From Leptonemataceae bacterium (GTDB taxonomy: Bacteria > Spirochaetota > Leptospiria > Leptospirales > Leptonemataceae): a DNA stretch of 64,000 nucleotides. Below are positions 32,874 to 42,910 of this stretch, piece by piece. Location: NCBI GenBank assembly GCA_965227295.1, contig OZ245742.1, positions 3,776,001-3,840,000 on the forward strand. The letters are read 5' to 3'. The position numbers and the translations under genes are program-made. The notes beneath the pieces are model-generated. The model made no database searches and was not told the origin of the DNA. It saw only the letters and a list, made by a program, of their open reading frames with translations. Position 1 is the first letter of the stretch. Each line of letters opens with the position of its first letter.

Positions 32874-32915
32874 ACGATTACGTAGAATCTCTGTAATTCC
32901 ATGCGGTGAATAGGT

Positions 32916-32957
32916 AAAGGCAATTCCCGTTGTTTCGCGAAAGGCAATTCCGCTTGT
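32916..32957. promoter_or_regulatory. Direct repeat aaaggcaattcc x2 (24-bp spacing), candidate operator
   Basis: Identical 12-mers at 32916 and 32940 in the divergent promoter upstream of the RHH gene. Confidence 0.4.
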
Positions 32958-32987
32958 AGACGGAGATCGCCTGGGCGAAACGATCGT

Positions 32988-33197
32988 ATGGCCGAGTATA
33001 CCCGTCGCCTGCAAATCTTACTCAGCGAGGAGCAGCATGATTTTCTTCAGCAGCTCTCCGAACGCCGTCGCACCTCCGTTGGCGAGTTGGTCCGTCGTGC
33101 GGTGGAAGAGGTCTATCGGCCAGCGTCGAGCCTCAGCGAGCTTCAGGCCATCGACCGGTTGCGCAGGCGCTCTTTTATGGAAGAGAGTACATCTTGA
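32988..33197 (+). CDS. CopG/ribbon-helix-helix protein (VapB-like antitoxin)
   Basis: RRLQILLSEEQ..L...SVGELVRRAVE; 4-bp overlap with PIN gene. Confidence 0.8.
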   Translation: MAEYTRRLQILLSEEQHDFLQQLSERRRTSVGELVRRAVEEVYRPASSLSELQAIDRLRRRSFMEESTS

Positions 33198-33604
33198 AGC
33201 TTTATCTGGACGACAGTGCGCTGCTGCTGCTGGCCTCGGACGACCCGCGGCGGGAAATTCTGCTGGATCGTCTGGCGGGATGCGTGCGGGAGCAGGGAAC
33301 GGCGATTTTCACGGGCGTGCCGGCCCTGGCGAGCGTTCAGAGTCGCTTCCTGACCGGGGAATCCGGCCCCGTGCGACTGAGAGAGTTCTGGAATGCGCTA
33401 AACGGCCTGTTCAAGGAGATCCTGGCCCTCCGCGGAGAGGACCTGGGCCAGGCCCTGGATCTCATGGAAGCCCACGCCGTTGGCGAAACCTGCGCGATCC
33501 ATGCCGCGCTCATGGACTCCCACGGCATCGAATACGCCGTGACCGTCGCCGATCGGCGACCGGGCTACAAACGTGTGCCTGGAATAAAAGCGTTTGAATT
33601 TTAG
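33194..33604 (+). CDS. PIN-domain protein (VapC-like, degenerate)
   Basis: MKLYLDDS start, AIHAA, GI, VPGI end; size and coupling typical of vapBC. Confidence 0.7.
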   Translation: MKLYLDDSALLLLASDDPRREILLDRLAGCVREQGTAIFTGVPALASVQSRFLTGESGPVRLREFWNALNGLFKEILALRGEDLGQALDLMEAHAVGETCAIHAALMDSHGIEYAVTVADRRPGYKRVPGIKAFEF

Positions 33605-33629
33605 TCGATCCAGGCGAGGATCGGATCGT

Positions 33630-34838
33630 ATGAACGTTACGACCACGCCCCCTGCCGAAAATTCCGAAGCGAACGAAATCATCCCGCTCACCGAAGACGA
33701 GCGTACCATCCGTGATCTCACGGCGTCCATCTCGGACGGCGAATTGGCCCCCGTGGCCGACGATCTGGATCGCAGTGAAAGCTTCGGGCATGCCGTCTTT
33801 CAGAAGTTAGGCGAGGCCGGCATTCTGGGCGTTGTCCTTCCGGAAGAGTATGGCGGGGCGGGGGCGTCTTTCTTGAGCGGCGTACTGGTTATGGAAGAAC
33901 TCGCGCGGAACTGCGGCGGCACGGCCTTAAGTTTCGGTGCGCATGCCTTTATCGGAGCGTACAACATCTACAAATCTTCCAACGAAGAGCAACGTCGGCG
34001 CTATCTGCCGGACCTCTGCTCCGGTAAAAAACTCGCGGCCTGGGCGCTCACCGAACCCGGTAACGGCTCCGACGCCATGAACCTCCAGACCCGCGCCGAA
34101 AAAAAGGGCGACCGGTTTATTTTGAACGGCTCGAAGACCTTCATCACCAACGGCAGCGTCGCCGATACCTTCATGGTTTTTGCGCGCACGGGCGCCCCGG
34201 ACTCCGCGCACAAGGGCGTCTCGGCGTTTCTCGTGGAGCGGGGCTTCTCCGGATTTTCGAACGGCAAACCCATGGAAAAAATGGGCATGCGCGCGTCACC
34301 GACCACGGAACTGTTCTTCGAAGACTGCGAGGTGCCTGAAGAGAACCTGCTCGGCGAAGTCGGTCAGGGCGGGTACGCCGCACTCATGGGCCTCGACATG
34401 GAACGTACGTTGTTCTCGGGCCTGCCCATCGGTTTGATTCAGGGCGCTTTGAATATTGCCATGCAGTACTCCAGCGAACGCAAGCAGTTCGGCCAGAAGA
34501 TCGGCAACTACCAGTTGGTCCAGGCCATGGTGGCCGAGATCGGTATGAAGCTGTATGTCTGCCGGCTGCTCGCCTACGATGCCGCGCGCAAACTACAGGA
34601 CGGCAAACGCGTTACGCTGGGCGCTTCGTTCTCGAAACTGTTCGCCTCGGAAGCCTGCGTCTCCGCGACCCTCGACGCGATTCAGATCCTCGGCGGCTAC
34701 GGTTACACCCGGGAGTACGGCGTGGAGCGGTTGATGCGCGACGCCAAGTTGATCGAGATCGGCGGGGGAACTTCGCAAATTCAGAAATTGATCATTGCTC
34801 GCGAAATGTACAAGCAGGCGGGGCTCGATCTTACGTGA
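33630..34838 (+). CDS. Acyl-CoA dehydrogenase (isovaleryl-CoA DH-like)
   Basis: ALTEPGNGSD, LNGSKTFITNG, KMGMRASPT, ILGGYGY, IGGGTSQI. Confidence 0.92.
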   Translation: MNVTTTPPAENSEANEIIPLTEDERTIRDLTASISDGELAPVADDLDRSESFGHAVFQKLGEAGILGVVLPEEYGGAGASFLSGVLVMEELARNCGGTALSFGAHAFIGAYNIYKSSNEEQRRRYLPDLCSGKKLAAWALTEPGNGSDAMNLQTRAEKKGDRFILNGSKTFITNGSVADTFMVFARTGAPDSAHKGVSAFLVERGFSGFSNGKPMEKMGMRASPTTELFFEDCEVPEENLLGEVGQGGYAALMGLDMERTLFSGLPIGLIQGALNIAMQYSSERKQFGQKIGNYQLVQAMVAEIGMKLYVCRLLAYDAARKLQDGKRVTLGASFSKLFASEACVSATLDAIQILGGYGYTREYGVERLMRDAKLIEIGGGTSQIQKLIIAREMYKQAGLDLT

Positions 34839-36388
34839 GTCCGGAACGTCTGGAACGCCTGCGGGCGGCGAAAGCAAAGGCACGCGAGATGGGCGGCGAG
34901 AAGGCCGTCGAAAAACACCGCGACCGCGGTCGCCGGAACGTGCGCGAACGATTGGAGTTGCTCTTCGATGCCGGCTCGTTTCTTGAGATCGGCCTGCACG
35001 CGGACCATGCCGGGGTGTCGCGGGACTTAAAAGACCGCAGTGCTCCGGCGGACGGTGTCGTGACCGGCTGGGGCAAGATCGACGGCCGCGATTGTTTCGT
35101 AATTGCGTACGACTTTACCGTACTCGCGGGGACCATGGGGCGTACCGGTGAGGCCAAGTGCGCGCGCATTCGTGACCTGGCGTTACGCGAAAAACGGCCG
35201 ATCGTGTGGCTCGTGGATTCCGGCGGGGCGCGGGTCCAGGAACTGGGTGGATCATTTTTTGCGACGACGGGTTATCTTTTCCGGGAGCAGGTTACTTTGT
35301 CCGGTGTGGTACCGCAGTTAAGCGTCGTCCTCGGTCCTGGGGCGGCAGGTACGGCGTACATTCCGGCGCTGAGCGATTGTGTGATTATTGTCCGCGGGCA
35401 GGGTACGCTGGCGCTCGGCGGACCGCCGCTTGTGAAGGCCGTGTTGAACGAAACGGTCAGCGAAGAAGATCTCGGCGGCGCGGAAGTCCATCTTACGCGC
35501 TCCGGCGTGGCCCACATCGGTGCCGATGACGATGCCCACGCCATGCAACTCGCGCGGCAGTATCTTTCGTTTTTTCCGGCGCACTGTGAAGAAGCGCCGC
35601 CGGTGAAAGCGGGGGACCGGGCGGTGGAGCCCGGCGACGAACTCGTTCAACTCGTGCCGGATGATCCGGCGACACCGTTCGACATGCAGAAGCTGATCGA
35701 TCTCATTGTCGACGACGCGCAGGAGTGTTTGGGCTACATGACCGACTTCGGTCCGTCGTTGATCACGTGTTTCGCGCGAGTCGCCGGCCGGCCGGTGGGA
35801 ATCGTGGCGAATCAGAGTTTGCATCTGGGCGGCGTGCTGGAAAACGATTCGTCGGTGAAGGCGGCGCGATTCATCAGCCTGTGTGATGCCTTCGGCATTG
35901 CGCTGGTCTTTTTGCAAGACGTGCCGGGTTTTCTCGTGGGCAGTCGCGTGGAGCGGAGCGGAATCATCCGCCACGGTGCGAAGATGTTGTTCGCCGTGAG
36001 CCGGGCCACGGTGCCGAAGCTCACGTTCGTCGTTCGCAAGGCCTACGGTGCCGGGTACTTCGTAATGTGCGGCCGGGCCTACGAACCGGACTACATTGCC
36101 GCGTGGCCGACGGCGGAGATTGCGTTGATGGGCGCCGGGGGTGCGGTGAACATCATGTACGGGAACAAACTCGCCGAACTGCCGGCAGATCAGGCCGCGG
36201 CGAAACGCAAAGAACTCGAAGACGCCTATCGCAGCGAGGTCAGCCCCGAACGCGCGGCCGCGCTCTTCGGCGTGGACGACGTCATCGATCCGCGGGATAC
36301 GCCGGGGATCATTGCGCGCGTATTGGAGTTGAGTGCCGGCAAGGAAGTGTTAAGGCCGCGGCGGAAGCACGGGATTTTTCCGGTGTGA
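34835..36388 (+). CDS. Acyl-CoA carboxylase carboxyltransferase (beta) subunit
   Basis: DGVVTG, DSGGARVQE, DLGGA..H, DVPGFLVG, RKAYG, KHG. Confidence 0.92.
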   Translation: MSPERLERLRAAKAKAREMGGEKAVEKHRDRGRRNVRERLELLFDAGSFLEIGLHADHAGVSRDLKDRSAPADGVVTGWGKIDGRDCFVIAYDFTVLAGTMGRTGEAKCARIRDLALREKRPIVWLVDSGGARVQELGGSFFATTGYLFREQVTLSGVVPQLSVVLGPGAAGTAYIPALSDCVIIVRGQGTLALGGPPLVKAVLNETVSEEDLGGAEVHLTRSGVAHIGADDDAHAMQLARQYLSFFPAHCEEAPPVKAGDRAVEPGDELVQLVPDDPATPFDMQKLIDLIVDDAQECLGYMTDFGPSLITCFARVAGRPVGIVANQSLHLGGVLENDSSVKAARFISLCDAFGIALVFLQDVPGFLVGSRVERSGIIRHGAKMLFAVSRATVPKLTFVVRKAYGAGYFVMCGRAYEPDYIAAWPTAEIALMGAGGAVNIMYGNKLAELPADQAAAKRKELEDAYRSEVSPERAAALFGVDDVIDPRDTPGIIARVLELSAGKEVLRPRRKHGIFPV

Positions 36389-36403
36389 CCGTGGTCCCTC
36401 CAG

Positions 36404-36428
36404 CCACAGAGGCACAGAGGGCACAGAG
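36404..36428 (+). repeat. Short cacagagg tandem motif
   Basis: ccacagaggcacagagggcacagag. Confidence 0.6.
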
Positions 36429-36482
36429 AGTTTTCGTTGGTGTGCGGTTTGCGGTTGGACGGTTGCGCCTGGATTTGATAGG

Positions 36483-37350
36483 GTCGCAAACCAACGTCCG
36501 GGTCGAGGCGGACAATCTTAGCAAAACGAAACTCCACAACGCCCGCTCAGCCGTAGCAAAAGAAGGCCCTTCACCATTGTGCGACTTACTTCATGTTTCT
36601 CACTACAACCGTTACGAACTGTAGCTCTTGAACTACCGGAAACGTACTATTCGTTCGAATACGCGCCGAATCGTGGCGTAAGTGGCGGCCAGTGTACATT
36701 AAGCCTTTTTGGGTGCAGCTGGTTCCAGGCGACCACGGAGGTTATGCCGGGGGACGTGGTAAGGCGCACCGGAACGGCGTCTTCGTAGCAAGAAACGTCG
36801 CGATTGCTGAGTCGCACAACCAGCGTCCGGGTCGAGCGCAGTGTTCTTAACAAAACGAAAATCCACAACTCCCGCAAAGCCGTAGCCAAAAAGGCCCTTC
36901 ACGGTTGTGCAACTTACTTTTTGTTACTTGCGGCAACCATCAGGCGACCACGGAGGTCATGCCGGGGAATGTGGTACGGCGCACCGGAGCGGCGTCTTCG
37001 TCGCAAGAAACGTCGCGATAGCCGAAGCGCACAACCAGCGTCCGGGTCGAACTCAGTGTTCTTAACAAAACGAAAATCCACAACTCCCGCAAAGCTGTAG
37101 CCATAAAAACCCCTTCACCATTGCGCACCTTACCCTGGGTGTCTCACGGCAAGCTCTGAGAACCGCGGCTCTTGAGCTACGGAAAACGCGCATGTTGTTC
37201 GCAGACGCCTCTGCTTGTGAGCTAAGTGGCGGTCAGTTTATATTAAGCTCTATGAGGGTACGGCTGGTTCCAGGCGACCACGGAGGTTATGCGGGGGAAA
37301 TGTGGGGTGCGGACCGGAACGGCGTCTTCGCCGCAAGATACGCGACGTCC
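36483..37350. repeat. Tandem array of ~330-bp non-coding units (family B): three units, the middle one with a ~115-bp deletion
   Basis: cca.cgtccgggtcga at 36491/36820/37035; caggcgaccacggagg at 36726/36941/37271. Confidence 0.9.
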
Positions 37351-37355
37351 CCGGC

Positions 37356-37625
37356 TCAGTCCTTGACTTCGCAGAGGATGGTGTAGTTCGCCGCGTCGCA
37401 GCTGGCGGTGGTGCCGCTGACCTTGCAGCCGCACGCTTCGGCCTGCTTGCGTTTGCCCCAGGTGTCCTTGCCTTCGAACTTCACGTAGGTGTGCTCTTTC
37501 TGCCCCTGGCAGATGTAGCAGCCGCCGGACTCGGCGACGGCGGGGGTGGCAGTTCCGAGGAAAAAGAGGGCGGTCGCGCCCGCGATGGCCGCCGTTAGAA
37601 AAGCGGTCATGAATCGATGTTTCAT
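37356..37625 (-). CDS. Small secreted six-cysteine protein
   Basis: Signal peptide ending PAVA; 58-aa mature part with CYIC, CGC, C, C. Confidence 0.75.
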   Translation of the reverse strand: MKHRFMTAFLTAAIAGATALFFLGTATPAVAESGGCYICQGQKEHTYVKFEGKDTWGKRKQAEACGCKVSGTTASCDAANYTILCEVKD

Positions 37626-37757
37626 GGTATCCAATTTGAGGGGCATACGCGAGTTCTGTCCAGTCCCTTTCCCGGCGCATAGCAATGTGATGCGCTGAAT
37701 ATGGAAGAATCATTGACGGAGCCGGTTTGCTCGAAAATCTGGCTCGAAACCCATGGA

Positions 37758-38003
37758 ATGGTAAAATATTCCATAAGTTTTGTACTGGCGGTGCTCGTTC
37801 TGGGCCTGCTGATCGGCGCGGTGGCCGGCTCGTTGCTGGAGCGAATCTTCGGACTCGGCTTCCTGAATCTGGGCCTCTTCACCGACCCGGTCACGCTGAT
37901 CCGGGACTTCTACGTCATTACAAAGCTGGAAATTCAACTGACGTCGGGCGGCCTGCTCGGATTCGTCATTGCCGCGTATGTGTTATATCGCAACGCGCGC
38001 TAA
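37758..38003 (+). CDS. Small membrane protein (DUF4321-like)
   Basis: Two hydrophobic segments, LGLLIGAVAGSLL ... GLLG. Confidence 0.6.
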   Translation: MVKYSISFVLAVLVLGLLIGAVAGSLLERIFGLGFLNLGLFTDPVTLIRDFYVITKLEIQLTSGGLLGFVIAAYVLYRNAR

Positions 38004-38052
38004 AGACGGACCTCCGAACGCAACCGGCGCAGACATTTAAGCAGGAACATAC

Positions 38053-38961
38053 ATGTCCACGATTTCAATGAAGAACCTCCTGGAGGCCGGCGTTCACTTC
38101 GGTCACCAGACACGCAAATGGAACCCGAAGATGGCCCCGTTCATCTTCACCGCCCGCAACGGCATCCACATCATCGACCTCCAAAAAACCGTGCAGATGG
38201 CCAAAGTGGCCTATGTGGCTCTGCGCGAGTTTACGCACCGCGGCGAAAAAGTACTCTTCGTCGGCACCAAGAAACAGGCCCGCAGCGCCATCGAACGCGA
38301 GGCGTCCCGCTGCGGCATGTACTTCATCAATAACCGCTGGCCGGGTGGTCTCCTGACCAACTGGACAACGGTGAAAAAATCCATTGGTCGTTTGCGCCGC
38401 CTTGAAGAAATGGAAGAGAGCGGTTCCTTTGATCAGGAAGCGCGCACGAAGAAAGAGGCCCTGGAACTCCAGCGCGAACTCGATAAGCTGCGCAAGAACC
38501 TGGGCGGCATCAAAGAGATGCAGAGCATCCCGGAAATCATGTTCGTCATCGATCCGAGCAAAGAAGCCATCGCGGTGAAAGAAGGCCGTAAAATGGGCTG
38601 CAAGATTTTTGCCGTCGTCGACTCGAACTGCAACCCCGACTTCGTCGATTATCCCATCCCGGGCAACGACGACGCCATCCGGGCGATTTCGCTCTTTTTG
38701 GCCACCATGGCCGATGCGGTCATTGAAGGCACCCAGGGCATCGAGTCCGGCGCGGAGTTCACCGACGACGACGCGTCCATGGATTCCGAGGATTACAGCA
38801 ACGACGACGTCCGCTACAAGGGCGAGTACGACGAGACCGGCGAGTTCATTATGGACGACTCCGCGAAAAACTCCGACAGCAGCGGGGAATCGCAGGCGCA
38901 AGAAACGACCGCCGCCGCGGCCACGACGACGACTGAAGAAAGCGAAGAGGGCAAAGAGTAA
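38053..38961 (+). CDS. rpsB: 30S ribosomal protein S2
   Basis: [30 protein letters not shown]; acidic tail. Confidence 0.98.
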   Translation: MSTISMKNLLEAGVHFGHQTRKWNPKMAPFIFTARNGIHIIDLQKTVQMAKVAYVALREFTHRGEKVLFVGTKKQARSAIEREASRCGMYFINNRWPGGLLTNWTTVKKSIGRLRRLEEMEESGSFDQEARTKKEALELQRELDKLRKNLGGIKEMQSIPEIMFVIDPSKEAIAVKEGRKMGCKIFAVVDSNCNPDFVDYPIPGNDDAIRAISLFLATMADAVIEGTQGIESGAEFTDDDASMDSEDYSNDDVRYKGEYDETGEFIMDDSAKNSDSSGESQAQETTAAAATTTTEESEEGKE

Positions 38962-39012
38962 TCCTCTAACTTCTACCGAATCACTACTACTGGAGAAACA
39001 CAGGCATATCCG

Positions 39013-39606
39013 ATGGCAGACGTATCCACCGACGATATCAAGAAATTACGCGAGATGAGCGGCGCAGGCATGATGGACTGCAAAAAGGCCCTCGCCGAAA
39101 CGAACGGCGACATCGAGAAAGCGGCTGAAAACCTGCGCAAGAAAGGCCTGGCAAAGGCCGCCAAACGCATGGATCGGGACACGGCAGTCGGCCGGGTGTT
39201 CTCGTACATCCACGCCGGCGGCTCGATCGGCGTGCTCGTGCAACTGAATTGCGAAACCGACTTCGTCGCGAAGAACGACGAGTTCGAAGTGCTCGGCCGG
39301 GACATCGCCATGCACATCGCGGCGGCGAATCCCCTGGCGATCACTCCGGAGGAGATCTCGCAAGAAGATAAGGATCGCGAGGAGTCCGTGTTTCGCGAGC
39401 AGCTCAAGAAAGAAGGCAAGGACGACGCCACCATCGAGAAGATCATTCCGGGCAAAATGAAGAAGTTCTACTCGGAAGTGGCGTTGCTCGAACAACCGAA
39501 CATCAAAGAGCCGAAGCAGACCATCCAGGAATTGCTGAAGCAGTACATCTCGAAGTTCGGGGAGAACATTACCGTAGCGCGATTCTCGCGGTATCAGGTA
39601 GGCTGA
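39013..39606 (+). CDS. tsf: Elongation factor Ts (short form)
   Basis: LREMSGAGMMDCKKAL, NCETDFVA. Confidence 0.97.
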   Translation: MADVSTDDIKKLREMSGAGMMDCKKALAETNGDIEKAAENLRKKGLAKAAKRMDRDTAVGRVFSYIHAGGSIGVLVQLNCETDFVAKNDEFEVLGRDIAMHIAAANPLAITPEEISQEDKDREESVFREQLKKEGKDDATIEKIIPGKMKKFYSEVALLEQPNIKEPKQTIQELLKQYISKFGENITVARFSRYQVG

Positions 39607-39624
39607 GGGCCGTTCAACGAAGTC

Positions 39625-40359
39625 ATGGCGGACAGAGGCTTCCCATACCGGCGCATCTTACTGAAGCTCTCCGGCGAGGCTTTCGGAAACGCCGGCATCG
39701 ACTACAGTAAGGTGGCTATCATTGCAGAGCAGATCAAGCTCTGCAAGAAGTACGATCTCAGTGTGGCCGTGGTGATCGGCGGCGGCAACATCCTGCGCGG
39801 CCAGACCACCGCCGAACACGGCATGGAACGGACCACGGCCGACTACATGGGCATGCTGGCCACGGTGATTAACGCCCTGGCCCTGCAGGAAGCCTGCGAG
39901 AAAATCGGCCTGGTAACCCGGGTGCAGACGGCCATCGAGATGAAGAACATCGCCGAGGGCTACATTCGTCGGCGGGCCATGCGTCACTTCGAGAAGGATC
40001 GCATCGTCATCTTTGCGGCGGGCACGGGCAATCCGTACTTTACCACGGACACCACGGCAGCGCTACGCGGCGTCGAGGTGGGTTGTGAGGTGATTCTCAA
40101 GGCAACCAAGGTCGACGGCGTCTACGACTCGGATCCGAACAAAAATCCGGACGCGAAACGCTTCGATGAGATATCTTATATGGAAGCCATCCAGCGCGGG
40201 CTCAAGGTCATGGATACCACGGCGCTGACCCTGTGCATGGAAAACGATATGCCGATTATCGTTTTTGATATCTTTCGAGACGGGAATCTGGAAAAACTGC
40301 TCCAGGGGCAACGCATCGGCACTCTGGTGTCGGCGCAGAGCGACCTGGTCTACGCCTGA
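39625..40359 (+). CDS. pyrH: Uridylate kinase
   Basis: [22 protein letters not shown]. Confidence 0.97.
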   Translation: MADRGFPYRRILLKLSGEAFGNAGIDYSKVAIIAEQIKLCKKYDLSVAVVIGGGNILRGQTTAEHGMERTTADYMGMLATVINALALQEACEKIGLVTRVQTAIEMKNIAEGYIRRRAMRHFEKDRIVIFAAGTGNPYFTTDTTAALRGVEVGCEVILKATKVDGVYDSDPNKNPDAKRFDEISYMEAIQRGLKVMDTTALTLCMENDMPIIVFDIFRDGNLEKLLQGQRIGTLVSAQSDLVYA

Positions 40360-40395
40360 AAGCAAGGAAGCAGGCTACAAACGGAAAGTGCGCGC

Positions 40396-40965
40396 ATGGC
40401 AGACAACGACGAAAATTCCACTGAAATGATCCTGCTTGAATCCGAAGAACGGATGCAGAAGAGCATCGACTCCCTGAATCGCGATCTGGCAAACATCCGG
40501 AGCACCCGGGCCACTCCGTCCATGCTCGACCACATCACCGTGGAGTACTACGGCGCGGACACGGCGTTGAACCAGCTGGCCACCGTGAACGCACCGGAGC
40601 CGCGCATGCTCGTCATCCAGCCCTTCGATAAGGGCTCCATGGGTGACATCGAAAAGGCCATTCTCAAGAGCGATCTCGGTCTCACGCCGCAGAACGACGG
40701 GAACGTCATTCGTTTGATTCTGCCCGAGCTTTCCATGGAGCGCCGTCAGGAACTCGTGAAGCAGGTGCACAAGCGCCTGGAAGAGGCCCGGGTTTCCGTG
40801 CGCAACATTCGCCGGGACGCCAACGACGAGTTGAAAAAACTCGATGGGGTCTCCGAGGACGAGATCAAGAGCGCCCAGGACGAAGTGCAGAAACTAACCG
40901 ACGCGCACATCAAGCAGGGCGAAGAAGCCGCCGCGAAAAAGGAAGAGGGGATCCTCTCCGTCTGA
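40396..40965 (+). CDS. frr: Ribosome recycling factor
   Basis: DLGLTPQNDG, VRNIRRDAN. Confidence 0.96.
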   Translation: MADNDENSTEMILLESEERMQKSIDSLNRDLANIRSTRATPSMLDHITVEYYGADTALNQLATVNAPEPRMLVIQPFDKGSMGDIEKAILKSDLGLTPQNDGNVIRLILPELSMERRQELVKQVHKRLEEARVSVRNIRRDANDELKKLDGVSEDEIKSAQDEVQKLTDAHIKQGEEAAAKKEEGILSV

Positions 40966-40981
40966 GAGCCGATGTTGCACT

Positions 40982-41839
40982 ATGCCGTTTGCGAAGACCA
41001 GCCCGATCCCGACTCCCGCGTCGGCCGAAAAGCTCGGGCGTCTCGAACCCGGTCGTAATCCCCGCCACGTCGCCATCATTCTCGACGGCAACGGTCGTTG
41101 GGCCCGTCAGCGCGGCCTGCGTCGGTCCGAAGGCCACCGGGCCGGGGCCGAAAACCTCAACCGCATGCTCGACTTCTTTCTCGAACTGAAGATCGACACC
41201 GTCTCCCTGTATACATTCTCCACCGAAAACTGGAAGCGTCCTTCCGCCGAAGTGCGGGCCATCTGGAATCTTTTTCACGAGTTCTTCGATGCCCAACTCG
41301 AACGTTGCCTGGAATCGGGAGTGCGCGTCATCACGTCCGGTGAACTCTCCCGTCTCTCAGGTCGGATTCGTCGGCGCATCGAAGAAGTTGTCGAGCAAAC
41401 ATCACACAATACGAACCTGACGGCGAACTTTTGCGTGAACTACGGTTCCCAGGACGAAATTCTGCGCGCCGCGCAGTTGATCCTGGAAGAACGCCTGGCC
41501 ATGTTCGAGCGCGGGGACAAACGGAAGGCTCGCACCCCGATCAAGAAAAAAGAATTCGAGAGCCGTCTGTATACCGCCGATCTGCCGCCGGTGGACCTGC
41601 TGGTCCGTCCGGGCGGGGAGAGCCGGATTTCGAATTTCCTGCTCTGGCAATCCGCCTACGCCGAGATCTACGTAACCGAAACCCTCTGGCCGGACTTCGG
41701 CGAAGAGAACCTGCTCGATGCGCTGCTCTGGTACCAAGGGCGGGACCGCCGTTTCGGTGGGCTGTCCGATGACGGAGTCAGCGCACACGGGGACACGGAA
41801 GCCGATATTCCGGAAGACGATGGTCGCCACTATGAATGA
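40982..41839 (+). CDS. uppS: Undecaprenyl diphosphate synthase
   Basis: HVAIILDGNGRWA, FSTENWKR, RISNFLLWQ, RRFGG. Confidence 0.96.
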   Translation: MPFAKTSPIPTPASAEKLGRLEPGRNPRHVAIILDGNGRWARQRGLRRSEGHRAGAENLNRMLDFFLELKIDTVSLYTFSTENWKRPSAEVRAIWNLFHEFFDAQLERCLESGVRVITSGELSRLSGRIRRRIEEVVEQTSHNTNLTANFCVNYGSQDEILRAAQLILEERLAMFERGDKRKARTPIKKKEFESRLYTADLPPVDLLVRPGGESRISNFLLWQSAYAEIYVTETLWPDFGEENLLDALLWYQGRDRRFGGLSDDGVSAHGDTEADIPEDDGRHYE

Positions 41840-42764
41840 AACCGCAAAACGCATCCTTTCCGGCTTAACGCTCGCGGCCTTCGCCTCGTTCGCCCTGTAT
41901 ACCGAGGCCTTTCACTGGATTCTGTTGTTCGTCCTGCTGCTCGTCTTTTCCTGGATGGGCCTGTATGAGTTCTTTCATCTAACGGATCGCGGCATCGAAG
42001 GCGGCGGCTTTCGGAGGCTGGGCTATCTCTTCTGCGGACTGATCGTCCTCGCATACTACGCGCAGTTTCTTTCCATGAAGCAGAGCCTGGGATACGAACC
42101 GGGACCGACGGTGAGCACTTTTATTAAGTGGTTCTATCCGAACGAAAACAACCTGGCTCCGACGCTGCTGTTCTTTTACGTGATTGCGGCGAGCATCTCG
42201 CAAATTGTAACGCGGCCCCTCGACGGTACCATCTACAATCTCTCGGTGAGCATCTTCGGTCTGGTCTATTCCACCCTGGGCCTCGTGCACGGCATGTTGC
42301 TTATGGCGCTGCCGCATGGTGTGTTTTACCTGGTGCTGTTCATTCTGCTGCCGGTGGCCACGGATACCGGGGCCTACTTTGCCGGTCGTTGGTTCGGTCG
42401 TCACAACGCCGGTCTCAAGGTTTCGCCGAAAAAAACCTACGAAGGTTACGCCGGCGGCCTCATTTTCGCCGTCCTCGCCGCGAACGGTTTTCTCTGGGGC
42501 TGGCGCGAGTACGCTTTCGAGGGTTTTCGCGAGATTCCGCTGCACTACCTGGAGCTCTCCTGCGTGGCCCTGGGAGTGGCCTTGCTCTCGATCTTCGGCG
42601 ACCTGGCCGAGAGCGCTCTCAAGCGCGACGCCAAGATCAAGGACTCCGCGTCCACGATTCCCGGTCACGGCGGCATGCTGGACCTCGCGGACGCCATCTT
42701 CTTTTCGTTGCCCGTAGGTTATTTTTATTTGTCGTTAAGATTGATGCTGGGGTACGCCCTGTAG
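41832..42764 (+). CDS. cdsA: Phosphatidate cytidylyltransferase
   Basis: DTGAYFAG, SPKKTYEG, GDLAES, IKDS..IPGHGGMLD. Confidence 0.95.
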   Translation: MNETAKRILSGLTLAAFASFALYTEAFHWILLFVLLLVFSWMGLYEFFHLTDRGIEGGGFRRLGYLFCGLIVLAYYAQFLSMKQSLGYEPGPTVSTFIKWFYPNENNLAPTLLFFYVIAASISQIVTRPLDGTIYNLSVSIFGLVYSTLGLVHGMLLMALPHGVFYLVLFILLPVATDTGAYFAGRWFGRHNAGLKVSPKKTYEGYAGGLIFAVLAANGFLWGWREYAFEGFREIPLHYLELSCVALGVALLSIFGDLAESALKRDAKIKDSASTIPGHGGMLDLADAIFFSLPVGYFYLSLRLMLGYAL

Positions 42765-42778
42765 TCCAGGATTCGTCG

Positions 42779-42901
42779 ACTCCGAGGACCGAGGGGCCGA
42801 GGAGAAGATGAGTTGATGGACCACCCCACACAAGCAATAGCCCGCCAACATCCATATTGCGAAGACCCTCAAGAAAACCTCGATCCCTCGGCCCTCGGAG
42901 T
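42779..42901. repeat. MITE/REP-like element, family A copy 3
   Basis: actccgaggaccgaggggccgag ... ctcgatccctcggccctcggagt, 123 bp. Confidence 0.8.
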
Positions 42902-42910
42902 TGTTTTTTA

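Noticed and set aside
36483..37350. CRISPR array
   Set aside because: Units are ~330 bp and homologous along their length, with no short identical repeats plus unique spacers; no cas genes in the window
36579..37386. Short ORFs within the repeat array
   Set aside because: Frames and stops are not conserved between copies, periods of 329 and 215 are not multiples of 3, and no motif is recognisable
42857..42910. N-terminal extension of dxr in the ORF track
   Set aside because: It runs through the family A repeat; the real start is likely at or after 42911
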